Assembly: GCA_900088475.1 (NCBI GenBank)
Contig: FLMG01001487.1
Coordinates: 59,453 to 123,452, forward strand
Reading direction: 5' to 3'
DNA from: Hyphochytrium catenoides
Lineage: Eukaryota > Protista > Hyphochytriomycota
DNA: 64,000 nucleotides
Below, piece by piece: positions 39,215-51,663 of this stretch. The first letter of the stretch is position 1; every line of letters starts with the position of its first letter. Made by a program: the position numbers and the translations under genes. The notes below the pieces were generated by a model, which was not told the DNA's origin, did not search any database, and saw only the letters and a program-made list of their open reading frames with translations.

Positions 39215-40429
39215 TTAAAGAGGTCTCTTCTTCTTCTTCTTCAGCATGTCCGGATCATACTTGCGCACAAGGGTGTCGTCATCTACGGACCCCCAGACTT
39301 CGGTGCTATCCCTCTCTAGCTTTATCCTGTAGGGATTGCCTTCATCCCAGACTTTGATAATCCTCCCTGGCTGGAAGCCACCTACAACCTTCGCCATTAC
39401 CCGATCCCCAACCTTGAAGCGTGGTTCAACAGCTTTGCAAGCTGCAAAGCCCTTCTCCAGCTCCTGTCGCTGGAGGTTCTTGCCGATGAATACAAATCTG
39501 TTGGTTCTTTCCTTGTCATCCGGCCCCCAGGGAATGGTAAAGTCTCCATCGAAGAGCATATGGACACCCTGAAAGACGAACTTCTTGTTCATTCCAGCGA
39601 CGTTGATGATTCCCTTATATCGAAGCAGATCATTGCCCTTCGTCATCAACAGACCTCTAATCCATTCCTCGAAATGGGCGATGTTGATGAAGTCTGTGCT
39701 CATTATGCCGACCGAGGAAACTGAGGTGTCGTGCTGGTGGTCAGTGTTCTCTAGGAAGTCGGGCTCCTTGACTAAAATCTTATCCAAATTGAAGCTTTGT
39801 ATGTTCAGCAAGAGGCTGGGATCTACCTTAGAGTTCTGGCACTCTATGATGTCCGCTACATCGTTGATGCTCTTTATCTTCTTCTTGATCTCTTCTCTCT
39901 CTTCAGAAGTGGTTAGATCTATCTTGTTCAGGAGAATGCGATCAGCAAATGCAACTTGCTCCACACTCTCATTCTCCACGCCATCAGGCTTCTCCTCCAT
40001 AAGGTGCTGCATGATGTGCTTGGAGTCTACCACGGTGATGATGCCATCGAGCCTGCAGGACTTGGCAATGGTCTCGTCCACAAAGAATGTCTGCGCAACA
40101 GGGGCAGGGTCCGCCAAACCCGTGGTTTCAACAATAATACCATCCAGTTTCTTGTCGCGCTTAAGAATCTGCTTTATGATGCGAATAAGATCACCTCTCA
40201 CTGTGCAACAGATGCAGCCGTTGTTCATCTCCACAATTTCCTCATCAGCATTGAACTTGCGCTGTCTAATGAGCTCATCATCCACGCCAACTTCGCCAAA
40301 CTCATTTTCGATGATTGCCAGCTTCATGCCATGGCGCTCGGTCAAGATGTGGTTGAGAAGGGTGGTCTTGCCACTTCCTAAGAAGCCTGTAAGAATGGTA
40401 ACTGGGATCTTTTCTTTGTAGGGCGCCAT
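39215..40429 (-). CDS. COG0523/CobW (ZNG1-like) metal-chaperone GTPase with C-terminal extension; single exon
   Basis: IPVTILTGFLGSGKTT, AIIENEFGE, NGCICC, VETTGLADP, LLNKID, CobW_C (LLRYKGI..FVFQGVH..FVFIGKNL). First ATG at 40429. Confidence 0.96.
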   Translation of the reverse strand: MAPYKEKIPVTILTGFLGSGKTTLLNHILTERHGMKLAIIENEFGEVGVDDELIRQRKFNADEEIVEMNNGCICCTVRGDLIRIIKQILKRDKKLDGIIVETTGLADPAPVAQTFFVDETIAKSCRLDGIITVVDSKHIMQHLMEEKPDGVENESVEQVAFADRILLNKIDLTTSEEREEIKKKIKSINDVADIIECQNSKVDPSLLLNIQSFNLDKILVKEPDFLENTDHQHDTSVSSVGIMSTDFINIAHFEEWIRGLLMTKGNDLLRYKGIINVAGMNKKFVFQGVHMLFDGDFTIPWGPDDKERTNRFVFIGKNLQRQELEKGFAACKAVEPRFKVGDRVMAKVVGGFQPGRIIKVWDEGNPYRIKLERDSTEVWGSVDDDTLVRKYDPDMLKKKKKRPL

Positions 40430-41453
40430 GCTCTGGCAGGACTCAACAGCCAACGCTCGTTGGCCGTATATATAGGATAATGCAAAGGAGGAAAGAGTGA
40501 ACTCAAGGACAAAGAGAAGAGCCTAATGGTATTGGTCGGAGGTAACGTGCAGCTTCTTTGAAGTCTGATTTGAGAAGACAAATGAACAATGAATGAGCTG
40601 TTTGAGAGAGCGTCTGGTTGGCTGGCTGCTCCTGTTTCCAGAATGATGCAGGACAGCAGTCATTCAACGGAGGTGTGTGAAGCATCAATAGCCCTCATGT
40701 AGGCGAGAGCCACTTCGAGGACAGGACAAGCAAAAGTTACGTGAAGCTAGTGATATATTAATAGCCACTGCTGCTGGAAAACTTAGTAAGGCTAACTATA
40801 ATCCTTCTGATAGCGCAGGGGCCTTCGGAAAGTCTATTGATGCCTTCAGTACCACGGAGCCTCCTAGATAACGCTATCCGGCGAGACAACCCGTCGGAGA
40901 CCCTGGCTGCGGACTGAAAGCTTGAAATAAAGCAACCAACCATCTTCAAAAGTGCCAAGTCCCTCACAGTGAACAAGGAGAATCTAGTTCGATCATCAGA
41001 ATCTGCGGCATCCGACGGCGCATTTTGGAGTTTTCTCTCTTCCCAGTGACACCGTTCTACCCGGGCAGGCCTCTCGAGTCCTATACAGACATTGTAGTTA
41101 TGGACTACCTGCTAACCCGAGATCCCTCCTTGGTATATCATAGCTTAATACACGGGGGTCGGGTCGTTACTCGGGCCTATTGGGCGTCTAATGTTCTGAG
41201 AGTTCTGAGTTCTGACGTACGAAAAGGCGCATCACCATGGTTCCTAGTTGTCGAGCTGTTGTAGGCAGCTGATAGAGGTGGCGGCGTATGAACTTTCACG
41301 CTTTCGGTTCTCCCGAGCTAGCTCTGTAGCAGAACTTGTCTCATAGATGGATCTCCGAGTCTGCGTTGAGAACAGGTGGATACCGATTGCGATCTATCAT
41401 ACATCTTTCTATTCTTTAGAGGAAATTGAGACAAAACAGCCCACTGTAGCACA

Positions 41454-42146
41454 ATGGCTAGCATTAGCGAGTTCCTCGGATACATCAAGGTGGAAACTCC
41501 CAAGTACACGCCGCTACCTCCAAGGTCGGCGGAAGGGGCACAGATCTACGAGCTTCGCAGATATGAACCTACGATCAGGGCGGAAGTAACGTTGGAGGAT
41601 GAGCACGCGTCGAGATCTACTGCCTTTAGAGTACTGGCTGGATACATCTTCGGCAAAAACACAAAGCACCAGTCAGGCGAGGGCAAGCCGTCCTCGGAAA
41701 TTATAGCAATGACTGCGCCTGTCTTGGTCGACGAAATACCGCCTGAAACCGATCAAAGATCGGAGCAGATCGCAATGTCAGCTCCAGTCATGGATGCTTC
41801 TTCCAAGGATAAGGGCTCGATGACTATGTCCTTCATACTGCCATCGAAATATAAGTCGGTCGATAACCTTCCCGTCCCCAAAGATCCCAGAGTCAAGCTG
41901 GTACCTATCCCGTCCTACACTGCTGCAGTCATCAGATTCTCGGGCTCTGTTAGCAGCATTGACGATGACTGGGCAAAGGCAAAGGAGAAAGAGCTTCGTG
42001 AAGCGTTAAAGAAGGATCAGGTTGTCATCAAGGCGGGCTCCCTGCCCTCTCTGGCGCAGTATAACCCGCCATGGACGCCATCGTGGTGGAGAACAAACGA
42101 GATTCAAATTTCAGTGGACATTCCAGAGACAGAAGGGGGACACTAA
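41454..42146 (+). CDS. SOUL heme-binding family protein; single exon
   Basis: VETPKY, YELRRY, AFRVLAGYIFGKN, IAMTAPV, MSFILPSKY, AVIRFSG, LAQYNPPWTP..WRTNEI. Confidence 0.95.
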   Translation: MASISEFLGYIKVETPKYTPLPPRSAEGAQIYELRRYEPTIRAEVTLEDEHASRSTAFRVLAGYIFGKNTKHQSGEGKPSSEIIAMTAPVLVDEIPPETDQRSEQIAMSAPVMDASSKDKGSMTMSFILPSKYKSVDNLPVPKDPRVKLVPIPSYTAAVIRFSGSVSSIDDDWAKAKEKELREALKKDQVVIKAGSLPSLAQYNPPWTPSWWRTNEIQISVDIPETEGGH

Positions 42147-43412
42147 ATAAGTGCTGCTCTCTCGGTGATTCATTTCTTATCTTGCTGCTTCCTTACTCAA
42201 CGACCACTGTCCGTGTCTTTTCCGCTTCCTTCTCGACTACTCTGATAACTTGGATATTCACGCAAAATATAGTTCGATGCTAACAGCAGTATCTTGGCCA
42301 GCATTATGCTCAAAATCTGCTACTGTCATACCAAACGCGATCCTCCCGCCGTTAGAAAGGTTCTACCACTACATAAATGGCCAATAATCTCTTGAAAGGG
42401 AATAGATACGAAGGCCCTCTCGGCTCTCTCCGGCCCGTGCAGAGGTTGCGTGCAAGGCAGATGGATGGAAAAGTCACAGACACACCAGTTCTGGTACCAG
42501 AACCGCCAAGCAACCGATCTTTGGGCTCTCACGGTTCATAGAGACCACAACTGACACCACTCTTTACAGTAGGCGAAAGCTCGCGAAGCCTAGATAAAGT
42601 TGAGGTTATTCAGTCAAGTCGCAAGACACAATCGAAGACAAAGCAAGCAGGCGAAGTATTAGAAAGATAGATAAAGTGAGCCCAGCGGAGCTAGAACAGC
42701 AGGGATCTATGACGCCGCGCTCTGGCGCTATAAGAAAAAGATGCCCAGCAAAACTTACGGCTGCAGATATACCCCAGGATAAGGGACGCTCTTCCTTGAG
42801 CTCCTTCTAACTTCTAACCCATGTTCTCTACAAGAGTGACCCGTGTTTCCTGTGTGCACGGCACAGAAGTGTTGTTACTGTACCACAACGAAGAACCCTG
42901 CGGATTCGATATATAGAGGTCTCCTGAGACTTAGATTCTGGGATAAATCCCTCTCAGGCCCTATCAGTCACGGATCCTGTGGTGACTCAAACTCTGACTT
43001 TAACGTCATTGGTCGTTCACCTGGGGAAGCTCTGGAATAATCTGCTGAGTTTGAGCAGATGGAAGATCAAACTCAGTACACTTCTACGGTTCGGCTGGCC
43101 ACATTATCAGCAGATTGACTCAGGAGGTGGGAGACTTTGTAGGTTAGGGGCGACGGGCTGTGGGACGGAAGGCTACCGTTTGGCGTTCTTTTGTTCAAAG
43201 GAGAAGAGGGTTAAGGGCGGGAGGAGAGACAACGAGACAGAGTGGATGAGAGAGGAGGCAAAGAAGAGGAAGAGCAGAAAGAGAGAGAGGGCCACAACAG
43301 ATTTACAGTGTCATAAAGCGAGAGAGAAGACGACAGAAGGAGATAGAGATATAGCGCGAGAAGACAAAGGAGTAAGGAGACAAACGAAGTCCTGGCACCC
43401 AAGGAATATCGC

Positions 43413-43437
43413 TCTCTCTCTCTCTCTCTCTCTCTCT
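43413..43437 (+). repeat. (CT)n microsatellite upstream of the CCCH-nucleotidyltransferase gene
   Basis: Perfect ctctct run seen directly. Confidence 0.9.
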
Positions 43438-43893
43438 TAGCACTACATTAGCCCCTCCTGGACACCTATCTTGTCACCTTTGCCAAGTACATCACACAGC
43501 ACCCAAACAGACGAACCTTCCACTCCTTTCCACCAGCGCCATCGCCGGGACAGGTCGCTTTCGAACTGCGTCTCATTGCTGGCACAAGAGTGTGCAGCGC
43601 ACCAAGCCGTTCGAAGCTGCTGTCAAGCAAAGACAAGAACGTCGTGCCCGAAGCAGAAAGAAGGCGTGAAAAAGGGGACAGGAAGAAGTAGTTTGTGAAT
43701 TGGACCACGATTGTAGCTACGGCTTCGAAAGCAGCAGCCTATTTGCCGCTGCAAGCTTCAGTCTTTTCTGCCAAACCCATCCAACACATATTGCTCAACC
43801 CGCTCGCTACCTTCTGAGAATCTTCACTATCATCATTGGATTCTCTAGTTATCTGCCGCTTCGTTTGTCGCTTTCTGATCCTAAGTTGCATCC

Positions 43894-46417
43894 ATGGTCA
43901 CCTATGAGTCCGACGTGGGGAACTGGCGAACTTCAAATTTTGAGAGAAAGAGGTTCGACATGGAGAAGGATTTCGATGAAAGGCTTTCGTTCAGGAGTCT
44001 CAGAAGAACTGGCGGATACGATCGAGAATATATTGACGACAGGACGGACAGGAGGAGAAGCGAGAGATCGGGCTACAAGCGCAGTACGCCGAGGCTAGAT
44101 AACTCCTTACGCCGCGCTGTCTGCCACCAATTCTCAGCCAGCGGAAGGTGCAAGTATGGCGCTGACTGCCAATTTTATCACGACATTGAAGGTAGGAAGT
44201 GCTACTTTGCAGTGTCCTGCGCAGTAGGCTAATGTATGTACTAACTTTTTTCTCCCTCTCTGACAGCTTTTAGATCAAACAAGCGGTCGATAGGAGTCAA
44301 GCCATGCCGTCAGATGAGGGCTACGGGAACCTGCTCCTACGGCAACTTATGCAAGTTCAGCCATGATATTGAAGATCATGATTCTGCTACCGACAACAGT
44401 AGCGAGGAACAGCTCAGGTATGCCTTCGCGGTTGCTTGCTGCCTACCAGATACCAAGACCAAGCAATAACCTTACATCTTGCTCTCTCCTAGTGACAGAT
44501 TTTCTGCTGCAGACAGCGAGACATCAGCTAGCTGCTTGAATGATGATGAGCTCGCGTCCGCCTCACCGGGGACGACGGCATCCAACGTAACGCGAGCCGA
44601 GCGTAAGAAAGAGGATCGTCTATCAAGGTGAGATTTACCTAAATAAAAGTGTGCCCATGCTAAGAAGCTAACCCAACGCCTTCTAGATGCCAAGAGGCCA
44701 ACTTGAGACTGGGAAGTGCAATTCATCCCATCAGGCGCATGCTGGAGGGGTCTGCGGTATATCGCTCAAGGGAAGCCAGGGAGAAGGCTAAAAGCGTTTC
44801 TGAGACTGAAGATCGTGAAACGAGAGAAAGAGCCAACACGACTTCCGATGACGAAGCACTATCAGAAAGCAAACGGAGTTTGGGCGCTAATGAAAGGGCC
44901 GCTACTCCACCACCGGTGACTCCGGAGCCAAAGCTCAATACTGAGCTGCAGACAGTAAGCTCTAAGGTCATTGACAAGGTGCCAGAGAAGGTTAAGGAAG
45001 GGCCAGCAAAGTCACCCTCCAAAGTGCAATCCGTACCGCTGGTGGAGACGCCAGAGGCACAGACTGTTGGCTACCCATACTTCAAAGGAGCTCTGCCTTT
45101 TGATGCCTATCCAGCTCTGAACACTGCCTACAGCGGCACGGCATATGTGAACAGGTACACCTTGAGCCACTGACTCTTGATGGTAAGGTAGTGCTAATTT
45201 GTTTGTTTGCACCTGTAGGCTGCTCAGTCTAGAGATAGAGGAATATTTGCGAAGACTGGATGAGAAGATGATTTCCAGACGCAGCATTCAGAGAGGCGCA
45301 GTTCAAACGCTGCGGGGAGAGGTTCAGAAGATTTGGAACTCGGCATCAGTGGAAGTCTTTGGGTCAGCATCGACCGACTTATCTCTTCCGGACAGTGATA
45401 TTGACATTGTGCTGACGCGTGAGATGGAGCCTACTGTTCAAAGTGAGAAGAGTGACGCCCTGGCGACACTCAGGGAGGTTCATGCTCACCTTCAAAAGGA
45501 ATCTGAGACGTTCAGGAACCTCAAACTGCTTGAGAAAGCAGCAATTCCGGTGCTCAAGTTTGTCTATCATAACGAGCTTGGAGAAGTCTCGATGGATATT
45601 ACTTGCTCAAATACGCCGCAGCACACGGGTTACAGAGCGAGGGAGCTTGTGCAAAGCTTTCTCTACCAGTTGCCGGCTTTGAAGTCCTTAGTGCTTATTC
45701 TGAAGCTCTTTTTGGCGTCAAGAGGTAAGAGATGGCCTAGATGTAGCTGTTACATTATATCCTCGATGCGTCCGTTACTTATGGTCCTGAATCTTCAGAC
45801 TTGAAAGATCCATTCACTGGAGGAATCTCATCCTACGCAATCGTCCTTTTGGTCACACGGTTCTTGCAGTCCTGCGGGATTCAGCAAACAGTCTATAAGC
45901 CACAGTCAGAACAGTCACCAGATCCATATAACGGCATCTTTCCATCCGTGTGCACCTACAGCTTCAATCAAACAGGTAAGCTAGGAGATGATATACAAGT
46001 TGCTCAGAAAGCCGCATTATACCTTGAAGACTGACGTTTTGTCACTTTCAGGAGGCGTATGGCACACGGAGGTTGGAGTATTGCTGCTGAGATTGACGTC
46101 CTTTTATGCGGCCTTCGATTTCCGCTCTGTGGGCGTTTCTGTCACTGACGGAGGGTAAGCGTTGACGTCAAATGAAGCTTTGGATGGCACCTTTGGACTA
46201 ACTAAGTGTGGTGTGCAGGAAATTCTTTCGCCTGTATGATGAGGAGTCACGCTATTCCCCCGTACCCTGGATCGACGATCCCCTCTGTCCTGGGAGGAAT
46301 GTTTGCACCACGTGCTTCCGAATGGCGGAGGTCGTGCAAGCCATAGGCGAGCTGCACCAAGCGCTTCAGAAGAGGATCCCTCTGGACGTGCTGCTGACCT
46401 CTGCAGCAGGGGCGTAG
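43894..46417 (+). CDS. Two CCCH zinc fingers plus Trf4/PAPD5 (TENT4)-like non-canonical poly(A) polymerase; multi-exon
   Basis: CHQFSASGRCKYGADCQFYH and CRQMRATGTCSYGNLCKFSH (C-x8-C-x5-C-x3-H); VEVFGSASTDLSLPDSDIDIV, AAIPVLK, SMDIT, LVLILKLFL, DPFTGGISSYAIVLLV, WIDDPLCPGRNV. Confidence 0.88.
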
Positions 46418-48839
46418 ACAGTAGAAAATAGGTGCGACTCGGATTGCACGGCCTTTCCATGCATCTGTTAGTTAGTTCGTAGTGTAGATTAGTTTTTTTC
46501 GTCGAAGACTGCGGGCCGTACCCTCAGTCGACTCTCTTTGTCGTTCATCATCACACTGTAAAGCTATAACCATAAAAAATAAATCCTGGCCGCAGAATGG
46601 CCATGTACAAGCCGGCGCATCCCGTCCCCGATGGTCTTAGCTTGACTCCAATCAGTGTCTGAAACCCTGAGAAGTAAAGGATCACGTCAATACTTCCACA
46701 GGATTTGGGCGAGCTACGCTGAACTCTTATTTATCTGTAGCAGTGTTGTCTCGAGACCTATACGCTTTCATAGGAATAGCTAAGTACTAACAATGTCCTA
46801 CATAATCAGCGGCGGTTCAGCAAAATCGAAGCTGGAAAATAGGTCTTTGCTGGCAAGCAAATAAGGATCGCCTCTCATGCGCGATACTATTGAGATTAAG
46901 ATAGCATGGATTAACAGTATAAGGGTAGGTTTCATATCATACATCCAGGGCCCGTGTTACAGAGGCTCCCGCATATACTACGACATGTTCAGAATTACTA
47001 GCATCATTGAAAGCATTCCCAATTCACAGGAGGGAAGAGGCGGCGCAACCTCTACATTCTGATTTAGAGCGCTCCAGGTAGTCTACAGCAATATAGAGAA
47101 GGCTTTAGCACGTGCAAGGATCCATCATCGCGTACTTCATGATTGACAGCATCATGAGTGCGAGAACCACGATCCCAAGATTTACGTCTGTGGAGGTGTC
47201 GGTTAGCTATGGGGACAATCACACATCCCTGGTCCTGACGGACTCACCTCCAAACACCTCGTGTTCTGGCTGATTTTCTTGCGCAGATGCTCTCTGGCTG
47301 CTGGAGGAGGATGGTTGAGATCCCGAAGATGATGAGCTGCAGTCCATGATTGTCTTGTGATTGATTTTTGCACAAACAAGTACCAAACGCTGAAATGAGG
47401 AAGCAGTGTCTCAGCTGGTGTCGCTACCAGGTAGGGAGGAGACCCTCGTGAAGACTACCTTAATTCTGCTCCGGTGATGATCGCAGGCTTGGAGTAACTT
47501 CAAGGTTTTCAACACTGGATTGGCGCTCAGGCCGAGATGACTGCCAAATCTTACTAAGATTGTTTTCGATGGTCAATTCGAGGTGCTGGGATCTGTCAGA
47601 GCTGATGATGGTTGCGATGCGAACACAAGGTGAAAACAGAGCAGTGGCAAGACGATGGACTGGACCTGGTACAAGTAGTAGGAACCTAGCTGGCGCCGCC
47701 GCTTGCTCTCATACCGCGAGAGGCAGAGGTAGGAACTCACAGTGCAATAATTGGCGCATCGAAGCATTGAGATGAAGGAGGAGACAGGGGCGATGAGAAG
47801 GCCAAGGTATTATGATAGGGAAGAACACGGGAACAGCGCAGGAGAAAGACGAAGGGAGAGAAAACTCAAAGGGGGCAGAGAGAGCGGAGCCTGTCCGTCT
47901 CTCTTGCAGTTTTCGAACTCTTTGCTGTTCCTTTCGTTTCACAGTAAGTTATATACTACCAGAGAAAGAAATATTCCTTGAAATCAGTCGCTGAAACCTT
48001 CCAAAGCGTACAATACATGACCTAGGAACTAGGAACCTGTACTTGTACAACGGGGTCAGGGCCAGAACTGCTCTGTGTTTATGTGTTTGGTCCGTGTCTC
48101 TCCCTCTTCTTTCTGCTGCTTGAATGTCCGTAGTTCTACTACTGAGAGTGTTGGGAGAAGAAAACTTTCGTAACGGTGCTGTCCTCCTTATAGTTCGCCT
48201 TTTCACTTCTTAGAGCTGTAGTTCCTAGCGCTGTAGCAGAAGCAGAGGAACTAGGAGGAGAGATCTTTGGTTTGGCGTGGAGGAAGAGGGTGGCCGCAGT
48301 ACGGGAACTGCTGCATGAGAGAGGGAAAAGGAAAGAACATTAATTGGACCACAAAGCAACCTCAGAAATCAATTGGATCCTTTGCAGAGCTCCCCTCAGA
48401 GTGACGGACGGAAGGTTCACAATGGTGTTGGAGCTGGTGTTGGGATGCAACCTTGCTCAGCCGGCCGTTCGTCTCATACTCCGACGGCCGACCTTTGATT
48501 AGCCCAGACGCAACAATCGAGACGGCTACTACGAAGAAGCTACCAAGCTGCTTACTTGAGCTCCAGTCATATTATGACAAACTACAGCTGTAAGTTGTTG
48601 TTCTATCACTTATAAATATAGATGACTGCTTCAGATGGGCAACAAGGAAGTAGTGCTTTCTGGCAAGGCTGAACTACAAGGACATTTTATTCGGGCGGCA
48701 CCGTAGCAGCTCTTCTTCAACCTCTAATAAGGCAGTTCGCCGACAGGTTAAGACCTTGATAGGGGAATAGATAGCAGATGACATTACCCACTTCTTTAGG
48801 CAGAGGAGGTACCCTTGCACCACCTATCCTCTGCTCCAT

Positions 48840-49635
48840 GTCCACACTGCTGAGTGGGAATCATCTATTGGTGTTCAACTCAAAGGACGGGAGTCCATCC
48901 ATCCGGATATACTCGTTGCAGAAGCCCTCTATCTGTAAATAACCATAATCTGGCTCATGGTGCAGCGCCCTACCTCCTCTTCTGGGGATCTAAGAACGAA
49001 GTAACCTCACTTCGAAGCATCCTTCTCCAAATGCCGGAAGACTGTGTAGGCAGAAACGGCAGCATCTAGTTCTCCACAATTAGCTAACTGGACAGCAGCT
49101 TTTCTCGCAACTGAAGGAGGGTGTTTCTCGAGAGCCAAAGCTCTTTGGTTGTGATGTAAGGCTTGTCTGACATTTCCCATTTTCTCAAGTATGCGTGCGG
49201 CATTCCGGTGGATGCTTGCCGAGTCAGGTTCAAATCTTTCTGCCTTCTGAATATAGGCTAATGCTTCGTCAAACCTCGCTTGAGCTAATATCAAGGACAG
49301 GGGCGATGCTTAATATAACATTCTGAGGATCTTTGTCCCAAAACTAGCCTTCGAACTAACACTTACCCGCGAGGGCAGCAGCAGCATTCACTATCGCTGG
49401 TGTATAGTTGGACCGAGTGTTTAGCAGAGCTTCAAAATGCTGCAAAGCGCTATCATATTTCTTCATATCAAGGTAGACCAGCCCAATTTCATTCATAACA
49501 GCTGGCTCTCCCGGCTGGAGGCTTAAAGCGGCTTTTAAATGTCTCAAAGCCTTTTCCAATTTGAGCCGTTTTCGGAGGAGAACTCCCAGGTGATACCTCG
49601 ATCCGACATCCTTTGGGTTCTCGATCGCCTTCTTA
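48840..49635 (-). CDS. Tetratricopeptide-repeat protein (partial; both ends uncertain, N gap upstream)
   Basis: SRYHLGVLLRKRLKLEKALRHLKAALSLQPGEPAVMNEIGLVYLDMKKYDSALQHFEALL...|ARFDEALAYIQKAERFEPDSASIHRNAARILEKMG: consecutive 34-aa TPR patterns. Confidence 0.82.
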
Positions 49636-51663
49636 NNNNNNNNNNNNNNNNNNNNNNNNNNNNNNNNNNNNNNNNNNNNNNNNNNNNNNNNNNNNCTTAT
49701 TGCTCATTGTCAAACTTTTTGCTCGTCGTGCAAGTATCTGGCGAGATCAAATTTACAAAGACTTTCCAGAGGTAAGGACCATCATCACGTCATCACTCCG
49801 TACAATCGTCGATGATGGGCTACTGCTATCTTGCTCCAATCCACCCCACAGCAATGGCAGACAACAATGTCCTTCAATGATCAGTCGACGCCTGGGTGGT
49901 AGTAGACAAACGGAAAGGGGCAGCCAAACAGTGGCAGCATCAGTAAGCTCAAAGTTTGTAACGCCAAACAATCAGTCATCTTGTTGTGATAATCATTTGC
50001 ATATTGTGGGGCCCATTGGTATATTGGGCTCAATGACAATGCTAAGGGTGAGAGAAACCTGGATAACTCATAATGCACCCAGACAGTTGCGCGTGACTCT
50101 ATGTCTTGATCTCAATCTGTTCCTTGGCTGGATCCTGGTGCGCTGATGAATCGTCGTATCTTGCTTTTGACCTGCAGTGCTAACCCAAAGGCGTCAGACT
50201 GTACAAGGCGCCTTCACGAGTCCTTGGCACGGTTGCTGACCACTGGCTGGTTCATCATTGCGCTGGCTAAACTGACTCATGGTTCCGATAGTTCCTTGTT
50301 GTGCTGCATCTTGTGTCTCTATCTGAGTCTCAAACCATCATCGAAGCACAGGACAACAACCCTCTCGATAGGACCCCTCTATCAGCCCTTTGCAGACCCA
50401 TGTGCTCCACTACTGACCAGTGGGCACGCAAGCTCATCAAGCACCCCAGCATGTGCTTATACCCTGCCAGATGCATGGGACACAAACATGAGCACAATTC
50501 TTTTCTTTGGAGTCGAGATATGAGCCACGGCGTTCACTGAATATTTACTCATGATAGACAGACAACTGCTATTTACTTTAAGCACCTCGCATCTCCTCTG
50601 CGGTCACCGACCGATACTTTGTCATTGGAGTCCTAGAGAGGCATCCAATAGGGTCGCTCTCCTCAGATGTACGATCTCCCTGACATCAGGGTTGAAGGTC
50701 AACGATATCCGGGCCATTCCCCGGAGCCCATAGAGTTGGGGCTTGTCTATCTCTGTAGACTGTGCAGTAAGTAGAATGTCCATAATGCACAACTTGGACC
50801 GTCGTATTCTACGGTACAGCTTACAATCCTGTTTCAATCCTGTGAGGCATCGGGCATCGCGGATATAAAGGAACATGTCGTTGACAGCCTAGACATTTAA
50901 AGGCAGCTTATCAGGCTGAAGCACTCCGATCTAGTACAGTACAGTGGTTAAGGACGATTGCGATCAAACAGGCATCCTATCCCGTTTCCTCATGCAGGAC
51001 AAACTCGGCGGAACGCCCTTTGCCCCAGCGGTTAGCTCGGCGGCAACAAAAACGAATGGGTCTGTGGCAGGGGCAGCAGCATGAGCTTCTAGTACATAAA
51101 AGCTCGAGGTTAGCTATGATAGAGTTCCACTCAGAGCTTGATGCAGCTGCAGGAGTCCTTTTCTCTTATATGAATACCTCTTTCCACCGCCCCCGCAACT
51201 CCTATTTCAAGATCTTTTGAAAAGCCCACGAAGTCTCCACTATTGCTCCCTTACCTAACGGTACATGTCACAAAAGTGACGATGATTCGAATACTGCCCT
51301 TGGTACGATCCAGATGACTTGCCGCCCGTCTGCAGACGCCGAGACCTCGGCTCTCGTTAGAGACGGAAACCCTTCGAGAAATATAATTAGACGTCTTCTT
51401 TCCTCCCGTAAGGTGATGTGGCCCGTTTGACATATCGAAGAGGAAGCTATCGGCTTGCCAAAGGCGCCGTCCGTAGAGCGCTTTCCTGGTCTGCTCTCAG
51501 CAGCCTTCGCTGGGGTCTCTTCAGTCATCGAATACTGGTCACAGGGGTGTTGCACTGCCAGTACTGACTCTCGGGTGAACAACAGTCAGAAGTGTATACC
51601 TTCCTTTCAGCGGCACAACGGGCAACATGAGGTACTGCCCGTGCATATCTAACCTTGCAGTGT

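Noticed and set aside
39585-40421. 278-aa plus-strand ORF
   Set aside because: Antisense shadow of the CobW gene; no independent motifs.
46420-48700. Gene-poor stretch with short ORFs
   Set aside because: No recognisable domain, RNA gene or repeat by eye; possibly decayed element DNA but unsupported.
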